A DNA stretch of 18,844 nucleotides, taken from NCBI GenBank assembly GCA_030141605.1, contig JAQGDQ010001980.1, positions 1 through 18,844 of the forward strand, written 5' to 3'. Each line of letters opens with the position of its first letter. Position 1 is the first letter of the stretch. The position numbers and the translations under genes are program-made. Source of the stretch: Tubiluchus corallicola. Taxonomy: Eukaryota > Animalia > Priapulida. Positions 1-10,377 of this stretch are shown here, one piece after another. Below the pieces are notes generated by a model that was not told where the DNA came from, did not search any database, and saw nothing but the letters and a program-made list of their open reading frames with translations.

Positions 1-250
1 AGATATGATGAATAAGAAATTAATGCAACACTTGTTACTTTGTATGTCAACATGTTGAACAAACATGTTGACACAAACACTTAACTTGTTCTGCCTTAAT
101 CTGTTTACTTCTGTGTCAAATTATGTGGATCTGTCGCAGAATAGGAAATTACGGCTAATCGTGTTTATGCGGGAGCTGGTTTAGTTTGGTTACCAGGGAG
201 AGAGTCGCGGTAAAGTGTAGGAATCACTAGAAACAATGTTCTGGCAAAGA

Positions 251-507
251 ATCATCATCATCATCATCATGCCCCCGTCACGTCTATTGTAGACATTGGG
301 CAGGCAGAATTCTAAAATAAAAGAAATCTGCTTTCAGACAGGTAAACGCAGCAGTAATCCAGCAAAAAACTGGACACTGCTACGTCAGTCTATCATCATC
401 ATCGTCATCATCATCATCATCATGCCCCCGTCACGTCTATTGTAGACATTGGGCAGGCAGAATTCTAAAATAAAAGAAATCAGCTTTCAGACAGGTAAAC
501 GCAGCAG
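251..507. repeat. Local direct duplication of ~100 bp (251-354 and ~404-507; period 153), each copy starting in a (CAT)n tract
   Basis: (CAT)n-gcccccgtcacgtctattgtagacattgggcaggcagaattctaaaataaaagaaatc[t/a]gctttcagacaggtaaacgcagcag is present twice with one substitution in the non-microsatellite part. Confidence 0.92.
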
Positions 508-1142
508 CAGTTAATAATAATAATAACAAAAATAATAACAATAATAAGGTTTCTCCAGCAAACAACGTCTTCTAAGGCCCATTTCACACTGCGGACGCAC
601 GGAAGTGCTGTCAGAAAATCAGAAAACTTTCTAAAAATTTCCGACTTGAGAGCAAATTTCAAATGCAAAAGGCGGGAAACGTGAAATTGTGAAAAAAGAA
701 CTTTCTTTAAAAGAAACGGAATCCGGGTACGGGTTTGTCCAGTTAAGAGGTCATTGTGTGGTCGAATAATGAACGGCTTTGTAGCCTAGATTTTTGCATA
801 ACAAAGCAGACCTTACACTGTACTCCAGTGAATCAATACAATCACATTATTACTTTAAGACACTTTATCCATTAGTAACCAATGGGTCCTTTCGTGCTTA
901 AATATCTTTTGTAACATGACAATTGGACCTAATTTTGCCAAATAATTGCATATCGATTCACTGAAAACAGCCAGGCGACGCAAGATGGCGCTACAAAGCT
1001 CCATTTAGCTGAAAGTTTATTTGCTATCGATTGATTGGTTTCGGCCATTCCGTTCATATTGTTCATTATTAACTGATTAATTCGTTTGCAGTGTGGTGGA
1101 TATTGTCAAGCTCTACATTATGCCGTTTGTCACGCGGAATAA

Positions 1143-4100
1143 CACCATTAGAGAATATCAATGCGCGCTAATAAGATGGCCACGTGTTCTTGTGATTAGG
1201 CCTTCACCGTTAGAGAATATCAATGCGCGCTAATAAGATGGCCACGTGTTCTTATGATTAGGCCTTCACCATTACAGAATATCAATGCGCGCTAATAAGA
1301 TGGCCACGTGTTCTTATGATTAGGCCTTCACCATTAGAGAATATCAATGCGCGCTAATAAGAGGGCCACGTGTTCTTATGATTAGGCCTTCACCATTACA
1401 GAATATCAGTGCGCGCTAATAAGATGGCCACGTGTTCTTATGATTAGGCCTTCACCATTACAGAATATCAATGCGCGCTAATAAGATGGCCACGTGTTCT
1501 TATGATTAGGCCTTCACCATTAGAGAATATCAATGCGCGCTAATAAGATGGCCACGTGTTCTTATGATTAGGCCTTCACCATTAGAGAATATCAATGCGC
1601 GCTAATAAGATGGCCACGTGTTCTTGTGATTAGGCCTTCACCGTTACAGAATATCAATGCGCGCTAATAAGATGGCCACGTGTTCTTGTGATTAGGCCTT
1701 CACCATTACAGAATATCAATGCGCGCTAATAAGAGGGCCACGTGTTTTTATGATTAGGCCTTCACCATTACAGAATATCAATGCGCGCTAATAAGATGGC
1801 CACGTGTTCTTGTGATTAGGCCTTCACCGTTACAGAATATCAATGCGCGCTAATAAGATGGCCACGTGTTCTTATGATTAGGCCTTCACCATTAGAGAAT
1901 ATCAATGCGCGCTAATAAGAGGGCCACGTGTTTTTATGATTAGGCCTTCACCATTACAGAATATCAATGCGCGCTAATAAGATGGCCACGTGTTCTTATG
2001 ATTAGGCCTTCACCGTTACAGAATATCAATGCGCGCTAATAAGAGGGCCACGTGTTTTTATGATTAGGCCTTCACCGTTACAGAATATCAATGCGCGCTA
2101 ATAAGAGGGCCACGTGTTTTTATGATTAGGCCTTCACCATTACAGAATATCAGTGCGCGCTAATAAGATGGCCACGTGTTCTTGTGATTAGGCCTTCACC
2201 GTTACAGAATATCAATGCGCGCTAATAAGATGGCCACGTGTTTTTATGATTAGGCCTTCACCATTACAGAATATCAATGCGCGCTAATAAGAGGGCCACG
2301 TGTTTTTATGATTAGGCCTTCACCGTTACAGAATATCAATGCGCGCTAATAAGAGGGCCACGTGTTCTTGTGATTAGGCCTTCACCATTACAGAATATCA
2401 ATGCGCGCTAATAAGATGGCCACGTGTTCTTATGATTAGGCCTTCACCGTTACAGAATATCAATGCGCGCTAATAAGAGGGCCACGTGTTTTTATGATTA
2501 GGCCTTCACCGTTACAGAATATCAATGCGCGCTAATAAGATGGCCACGTGTTCTTGTGATTAGGCCTTCACCATTACAGAATATCAATGCGCGCTAATAA
2601 GATGGCCACGTGTTTTTATGATTAGGCCTTCACCGTTAGAGAATATCAATGCGCGCTAATAAGATGGCCACGTGTTCTTGTGATTAGGCCTTCACCGTTA
2701 CAGAATATCAATGCGCGCTAATAAGAGGGCCACGTGTTCTTATGATTAGGCCTTCACCATTAGAGAATATCAATGCGCGCTAATAAGATGGCCACGTGTT
2801 CTTGTGATTAGGCCTTCACCATTAGAGAATATCAATGCGCGCTAATAAGAGGGCCACGTGTTCTTATGATTAGGCCTTCACCATTAGAGAATATCAATGC
2901 GCGCTAATAAGATGGCCACGTGTTCTTATGATTAGGCCTTCACCATTACAGAATATCAATGCGCGCTAATAAGAGGGCCACGTGTTCTTATGATTAGGCC
3001 TTCACCATTACAGAATATCAGTGCGCGCTAATAAGATGGCCACGTGTTCTTGTGATTAGGCCTTCACCATTACAGAATATCAGTGCGCGCTAATAAGAGG
3101 GCCACGTGTTCTTATGATTAGGCCTTCACCATTACAGAATATCAATGCGCGCTAATAAGAGGGCCACGTGTTCTTATGATTAGGCCTTCACCGTTACAGA
3201 ATATCAATGCGCGCTAATAAGAGGGCCACGTGTTTTTATGATTAGGCCTTCACCGTTACAGAATATCAATGCGCGCTAATAAGAGGGCCACGTGTTTTTA
3301 TGATTAGGCCTTCACCGTTACAGAATATCAATGCGCGCTAATAAGAGGGCCACGTGTTTTTATGATTAGGCCTTTACCATTACAGAATATCAATGCGCGC
3401 TAATAAGATGGCCACGTGTTTTTATGATTAGGCCTTCACCATTAGAGAATATCAATGCGCGCTAATAAGATGGCCACGTGTTCTTATGATTAGGCCTTCA
3501 CCATTAGAGAATATCAATGCGCGCTAATAAGATGGCCACGTGTTTTTATGATTAGGCCTTCACCATTACAGAATATCAATGCGCGCTAATAAGAGGGCCA
3601 CGTGTTCTTGTGATTAGGCCTTCACCATTAGAGAATATCAGTGCGCGCTAATAAGATGGCCACGTGTTCTTGTGATTAGGCCTTCACCATTACAGAATAT
3701 CAGTGCGCGCTAATAAGAGGGCCACGTGTTCTTATGATTAGGCCTTCACCATTACAGAATATCAATGCGCGCTAATAAGAGGGCCACGTGTTCTTATGAT
3801 TAGGCCTTCACCGTTACAGAATATCAATGCGCGCTAATAAGAGGGCCACGTGTTTTTATGATTAGGCCTTCACCGTTACAGAATATCAATGCGCGCTAAT
3901 AAGAGGGCCACGTGTTTTTATGATTAGGCCTTCACCGTTACAGAATATCAATGCGCGCTAATAAGAGGGCCACGTGTTCTTATGATTAGGCCTTCACCAT
4001 TAGAGAATATCAATGCGCGCTAATAAGATGGCCACGTGTTCTTATGATTAGGCCTTCACCATTAGAGAATATCAATGTGCGCTAATAAGATGGCCACGTG

Positions 4101-4614
4101 TTCTTATGATTAGGCCTTCACCGTTACAGAATATCAATGCGCGCTAATAAGAGGGCCACGTGTTCTTATGATTAGGCCTTCACCATTACAGAATATCAAT
4201 GCGCGCTAATAAGATGGCCACGTGTTTTTATGATTAGGCCTTCACCATTACAGAATATCAATGCGCGCTAATAAGAGGGCCACGTGTTCTTATGATTAGG
4301 CCTTCACCATTAGAGAATATCAATGCGCGCTAATAAGAGGGCCACGTGTTTTTATGATTAGGCCTTCACCATTACAGAATATCAATGCGCGCTAATAAGA
4401 TGGCCACGTGTTCTTATGATTAGGCCTTCACCATTACAGAATATCAATGCGCGCTAATAAGAGGGCCACGTGTTTTTATGATTAGGCCTTCACCATTAGA
4501 GAATATCAATGCGCGCTAATAAGAGGGCCACGTGTTTTTATGATTAGGCCTTCACCATTACAGAATATCAATGCGCGCTAATAAGATGGCCACGTGTTCT
4601 TATGATTAGGCCTT
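1143..4614. repeat. Minisatellite/VNTR: 56 tandem copies of a 62-bp unit
   Basis: Unit cacc[a/g]tta[c/g]agaatatca[a/g]tgcgcgctaataaga[t/g]ggccacgtgtt[c/t]tt[a/g]tgattaggcctt. Starts at 1143, 1205, 1267 and so on; 3472 bp / 62 = 56; no indels seen. Confidence 0.98.
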
Positions 4615-5485
4615 CGTTTCCACTGCTAAACTAGGAATTGACACGTATCATGAACGCAGAGTTGTTGACCAAATGAAACTAAAATTATTAATATTATTGC
4701 GCATAGTGCGAGCGACTTCATTATGAATACTGCGGCGTTAAGTACTTTTAAATAAAAAAGTGCGCCTGCCTTACTGCAGTCCTGCAGTGCTAATGAAGGA
4801 ATTCAGTACAGTACGTAATAGAACACACTACACAACGAGGCATTTATACGGATTATATTTGTTTATTTTAGCGTAAAAGACATACAAAAACACAAAAGAT
4901 TACATCACACTACAATAAAATAATAAAATCAAAGTTATACTAAAACTTTTACCATGTATTATTCATATACTAAAAAAACATTCGCAGCTATCAGATTTGA
5001 CAATGTTAATTTATAAACAAACTTATTTATTGATTATTTATTTATATTTATATTTATTTATTCCACATCTCAAAAAAACAAGATTGTATGATTAGCAGGG
5101 TGTTGACAATAGTTAGTAGATATTTATTGTTCACAAGTTCTAGTAATCGTTTTGCTAATACAGTAATATGCTTTCCTGGAAAGGTTTGAAAAATGTGGTC
5201 ATGTCAAATTTGCACACATGCCATACAGACATAGCCATATTATACATAATTTCTCTTTTGGGGAGTGTGAGAGACTACTACTTCATGATGCCCAAAGTCA
5301 AAAAATTCATGTTTGAGTAGCTTTATTACGTTTTATCTGTAAAACAAATCATAACAAAATATGACAAACTAATTTGAGCCAAAAAGGAAACAAAGAAATT
5401 AATAATAAAGTGAGACTGAATAATCAAAATAAACTTACATCATGGCTCTACTACTCTTGACAAATAAATGGTTTAACTGAGACAA

Positions 5486-5509
5486 AACAACAACAACAAC
5501 AACAACAAC
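5486..5509. repeat. (AAC)n microsatellite
   Basis: About 8 tandem AAC units. Confidence 0.9.
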
Positions 5510-5858
5510 TCTCTTAGCCAAGAACAGACTGCCAACTAGCCAGGTAAACTAGCTCTGTCAGTAGTAGAGCATGACAGAAAGAAGCCAAGTCAAGACATAC
5601 GTATATGAATGCAGTTAAAAAGGACAGTATAGGGGGGTTTACAGAATGAAAGAACACTGAAGTACAACCTAAAATCCTTCACAGGGAGGACATATGAGCG
5701 ACGTTAAAACGCCTTTGCCGCTGACTGTGTCGCCTCTGGTCATTCGTAAGTTCCACTGCCCCTACGTTCATTCAAAACTTCGAAACAAACCCTTAGTCTG
5801 AGTGGCAAACGGCACACAATTGCGATACGGTCACGGAACTCCTCGTTTTGAATCGACA

Positions 5859-6062
5859 ATATTTGAGCATCATCGGATAAGCTTCACAAGAATGCGTCCT
5901 CAGTCACATAGGCTGCGGACAGAAACGGGTAGATGGGCGAGACAGTCAAGGGAAAATACGTTATGTCCTTGTGGGGACATTCAAACTGAGAAACACGTTA
6001 TACAGACATGCCCCCTAACGTCAAATATTAGAAACTGCTACGACAATGTAAATGTTTGCTGA
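5859..6062 (+). mobile_element. Non-LTR retrotransposon remnant: C-terminal ORF2 fragment, RTEX-like, with zinc-knuckle
   Basis: Translation RISFTRMRPQSHRLRTETGRWARQSRENTLCPCGDIQTEKHVIQTCPLTSNIR fits the recalled LINE C-terminal pattern RxRxSSHxLxIETGRWxxxPRExRLCxC...ExHxxxxCP. No RT domain upstream, so it is 5'-truncated. Confidence 0.75.
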
Positions 6063-6234
6063 TTTAACTCACTTCTTTGAGCACACTAATTCTTATATAG
6101 TATGTCTGTAGGTTGCACCAATTCCCTAAAACAATCGGACATAGATGGTTTTGATGATTTACTCACGGGAAGAGATTTGAGATCTGTTTTTAGCTAAAAA
6201 GTCACGGAGATTCCTAGAATCAACGCCTGGGTTA

Positions 6235-6505
6235 TGACGTCACAGGGTAGCGTGGGCGGTGAGACATTCACCCTTGCTTAACAACAGATGAAATGTATGT
6301 ATGCTCCTACCAGTATTAATAAAGACATACCAGCAGATTTTGGGTCTAATTTTCATGCATGTCGTTTGCTAATAAGCGGGTAGAAAGTCTAAGTGCTGGC
6401 GTGGGCGGGTTAATTTGGTTTGGCATACCAGCAGATTTTGGGTCTAATTTCCATGCATGTCGTTTGCTAATAAGTGGGTAGAAAGTCTAAGTGTTGGCGT
6501 GGGCG
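6235..6505. promoter_or_regulatory. Candidate regulatory cluster: CRE plus three EGR1-consensus sites
   Basis: TGACGTCA at 6235-6242; GCGTGGGCG at 6250, 6399 and 6497. Motif match only. Confidence 0.3.
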
Positions 6506-6519
6506 GGTTAATGTGGTTT
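6326..6519. repeat. Two-copy tandem duplication, 98-bp period
   Basis: 6326-6421 versus 6424-6519 with 4 substitutions; each copy carries GCGTGGGCG. Confidence 0.93.
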
Positions 6520-7515
6520 ATTTCCATGTGATGCGGGAGAATAATTTTCTACAATAGAAATTTATTAAACTTGAGCATCTAACGTCTCATAATAATTTTC
6601 TGTTTTGTTTATTAAATGTTGTTTGTCTGTGTGTCTGTTTGTTCGTTCGTTTATTTGTTTGTTTATTGTTCTATTGTTCTTTACTTCCTTGCATTGTGTC
6701 CTGCTTTCTTTTTTCTTTTGATTTCTTTCTTACCTCTTTCTTCATCTTCATCAACAGCAGTTTTTACTTTGCATTGGACGCATTTGCCTTTAACAGTTGT
6801 GTGAATTTTATTCTCATGCTGCGATGTTCTTTTATGCTTTTATAGTTATGAATATCGATTTTTTATTGCAAATAAACAATATAAAAACATATATAAAGCT
6901 TTATATATAAGATTATATATATATATATATACATACATATATATATATATGTATATAAAGCTCTCGAGCCTCTCTACCACCTACTTTCGTTCATACCCCG
7001 CATTGAGAGGCCAATTATAATAAAGTACCCCCATGATTGCACTTCGCGAAGCACTTTACGGTCTTCCATTCTCGGCCATTAGCATAACACGAAATCGGGA
7101 CACATAGACCTAAATGCTAATCGAATATCGTTCATCATAATCCGTCTGTAACAGATGCTTATGTCATCTGTCATATTCATACGCATGTTCATACACTCTG
7201 CTTTTGCCTGAGCTGTAATGTCAGTTTGGGCAACTCTGGGAATTTTGTAAACTTTGACTATATGTAAACTTTTGACTAAACAGTATGTAAAATATAAGTA
7301 AGTAAATAAAGTAGGTACATTGAGCCAATAAAGTCAAATTTAATAAATAGCATGTCAAACTAAAAAGTAAACATCCACCAAGAATGCAGGAATTGTATCA
7401 ATAAATCCTATATAATAGAAATATATAAATAATGGTGAGTGAATGGGTAAGTACATAAACAAATATACAAATAACTAAATATATATATTTATATATATAT
7501 ATAATATTATATATA

Positions 7516-7554
7516 AACGGCGACCCCGCATAGGGAAAAGCTGGGAAGAAGAAG
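7516..7554 (+). mobile_element. Extremely 5'-truncated RTE 3' end with (GAA)n tail, inserted in a (TA)n tract
   Basis: aacggcgaccccgcatagggaaaagctgggaagaagaag matches the reverse complement of the 3' end of the element at 12211-12705 at 35/39 nt; TA repeats on both sides. Confidence 0.82.
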
Positions 7555-7574
7555 ATATATATATATATATATCT

Positions 7575-7620
7575 GAGTGAGTGAGTGAGTGAGTGAGTGA
7601 GTAAATAAGTAAGTAAGTAA
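7575..7620. repeat. (GAGT)n/(AAGT)n compound microsatellite
   Basis: gagt repeated about 7 times, followed by aagt repeats. Confidence 0.85.
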
Positions 7621-8769
7621 ATGAAAAATTGACGATCTTTGCGACAAAATAATAACAGACTCTGTCATTTTCTCCACAAAAATAACTTTCGCTCGGATTA
7701 GTTTAATATGTCAGCCCCACCACACGGAAGTGACGCTTTGTTTTCAGAGTAAAAGGATGTCAGGCAGTACAAGTTACCCCCGCTCCCACCAGCGACTCTT
7801 TTCCTAGAATGCACTTATGTTTGTTTACAATGTTAAACGTGCCCTGCAGTTCAAGATAAAGTGACGGTTTGATTAAGCGGAACAAGTGAAACGTAAATTC
7901 CCAATCAGCATAAAGGTGGAAAACTGAAAACAAACCTCCACTAGGAATTACATTATATATTAATTCTACTAGCGGCGCCTGGTGGGAGCCTCAGAAGGAG
8001 ATATACGGCTCTTTAGAAAGAGGAAGAACAGGGCTACACGATGATATGGGCTGCATTTTAGGATACGTCCACTGAGAGGAGTATCGACGAGTTAATTATA
8101 TGTTCTATTATTTGGCAATTTTCGCTTAGAAAACTGCTGCACAAATCCATTGTTGTGACGTCACCATTATACTCTGCCTATAATCTTATAGCTTTAATTC
8201 GGTAAAAGCTGCTGCTGGCTTTGCGTTATAAACGAGGACTGTGTTCGCGTAAGATGTTCGCGAATTATTGATTATAAGTGTATTTATACGCAAATTTTTT
8301 TACGGGGCCTTTACTAGTCACATATTAAATTTCAAAGTTGGTATAAGTGCGTATGTACAGTGCAGTGGCGCAGGTAATAGGGAAGGAGGGAGGGAGCCAA
8401 GGGGAGGAATCGCACCTCTTAACACATTTTTCAAAAGTGGTGCCTTGTCAAACATTTTCTTAAATCTTTAGATCACTTGTGCGACAAAAGTCGATTCTTT
8501 TTATTGTTTTTAATCACGTGACCTTGGAAGAATTGTCTGCTGTAAATACTTCATTATTTCGACCAACTTGTCTCTCGTGTTTTTGAAATGAGCTTTCATC
8601 TATGTAACTCGCCTGTCAACGTTGAACGATTGAACCGAGGATCAAATTACCCCAAATCTAATAATTATAATATATTCTTGACATTCTATTGTCTAGTGGT
8701 AAGCCTACTGTCAATTATAACGCACGATAAAATAGTAAATGAACGTCTGAATTATGAATGCCTGAAATA

Positions 8770-8842
8770 TTGTGTACCTTCACTGCGACTCGAACCCAAG
8801 ACCTTCTGCCCTCCGAGGAGCTATGTTAATTAAGCTATGCTG
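8770..8842 (-). mobile_element. Degenerate tRNA-derived SINE head (Pol III A/B box)
   Basis: Minus strand reads gcaTAGCTTAATTaacatagctcctcggagggcagaaggtcttgGGTTCGAGTCgcagtg: A-box-like at 8828-8837 and B-box at 8787-8796, at tRNA-like spacing. No intact cloverleaf. Confidence 0.45.
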
Positions 8843-8917
8843 TGGTATTTAGCTATAAACCTTATTATATTATCTGTTTACCACCTCAACAGTAGTCCAT
8901 TTTAAGTCTATTACTAT

Positions 8918-8986
8918 CACACACCCAAACGCACGCGCACACACACACGCACACACATGCACACACGCACACACACACACGCACAT

Positions 8987-9049
<63 letters not shown>

Positions 9050-9058
9050 CATACATAC
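8918..9058. repeat. (CA)n microsatellite, interrupted, with TA/TACA tail
   Basis: Direct observation. Confidence 0.97.
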
Positions 9059-9325
9059 AGTAACGTATAAGACGATATTTATTGATATTATATGAACAAA
9101 TCTTGTCAGAAATAGGATTATAGGTCAGACAAACTATTTCTACACCGATCCTCCTCATAAGTAAATAACAGACGATCTAATTTCGTTCGTATGTAGTACA
9201 AATAATAACTAAACCCGGACCAGTTATATGTGGGTTTATATTTACATAGGTTCATAAAAATCCTTGTGTTTATTAAGTCCAGATAATAAACGCAGATAAT
9301 AAATTTTAGAAAGTTTTACAGCTAC

Positions 9326-9328
<3 letters not shown>

Positions 9329-9411
<83 letters not shown>
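9329..9411. repeat. (GA)n microsatellite
   Basis: About 40 GA units. Confidence 0.98.
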
Positions 9412-10377
9412 CCAGATTGTTTTGTTGATTCGCTTTTTTTCTTTCTCTCGGTCAATCCATCCGTTTCATTATTCGTTTATTTTTTCTGCATCCAATGGTT
9501 ATTTATTAATTTTATTCCTTCATTTCTCCCTCCTTCTTGTCAAAATTTGTTTTGCCTGACATGTTGCAGTGAGTTTATTAATTATTTGTGTTTGTTTGTC
9601 TATCTGTTTGCTTGCTTGTTCGCTCGTTCGTTCACACATTACTCATCATTTTACTCGTTTGTTCTCTCAGTTGTTTATTTATTTATTTGTTTCTTTATTT
9701 ACTGATTTTTATTTATTTACTAATTTTTTATTCATTTGTATATATATATATACTTAAGTGCAAAACTGCATAGTTAAATTGTCGATTAATTACTATAATT
9801 ATATTAGATGCATTTATTATAATTTATGTCAAAATTATTATTGGCCCATGGTTCAAATCCGGGCTATATTTCTGTTTTTTTAATTTTTTATATTTTCGGT
9901 CTTTCAAGATGATGAGGTCCGTTAAAATACAGCAGTATGATGATACGTATTGTAATTGTGTCATTAATAGCCAAATTTTGTGCCTACTAATGACAAAATT
10001 TAAGTTACGTTAGCAGAAAGAGATATTAACTTTAAAGCAAAATTAGGACCTAATGTTAAACTGTAGGTCAAAACAATCTATTCTTTAAAATATTAAAGGA
10101 AAACATGCTGTTTTTTGTAAAATGACTTACGTGAAAGAATTCTTACCACAAAAAACAAAATTTCCCGGCCGCGCCACATCAGCTGAATTGACCACTATGA
10201 AAACTTCCCAGTAGCACACAGGTTCTCATGGTAGTCAATTCAAGCAAATGATGCTCGTCAGGGCGACAATAAAAAAATTGATTTTGACACTAAGAACGGC
10301 ATTTAATTTTTTGCTAATGTACTAAAATGGCAAGTCTTAAGGGAACACGTTCATATTTTTAGTCGTCGGTAGTTATT

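Noticed and set aside
572-592. Harbinger-like terminus TAA-GGCCCATTTCACACTG
   Set aside because: No partner TIR located in the window.
1143-4614. CRISPR array or coding tandem repeat
   Set aside because: Units are contiguous with no unique spacers, there are no cas genes, the context is eukaryotic, and stops occur in each unit with a period not divisible by 3.
7972-7985. CTCF-like site (reverse complement CCACCAGGCGCCGC)
   Set aside because: Two mismatches in the G-rich core; a single weak match.
8363-8450. hAT-like end CAGTGGCG followed by G-rich sequence
   Set aside because: No matching inverted end or TSD found.
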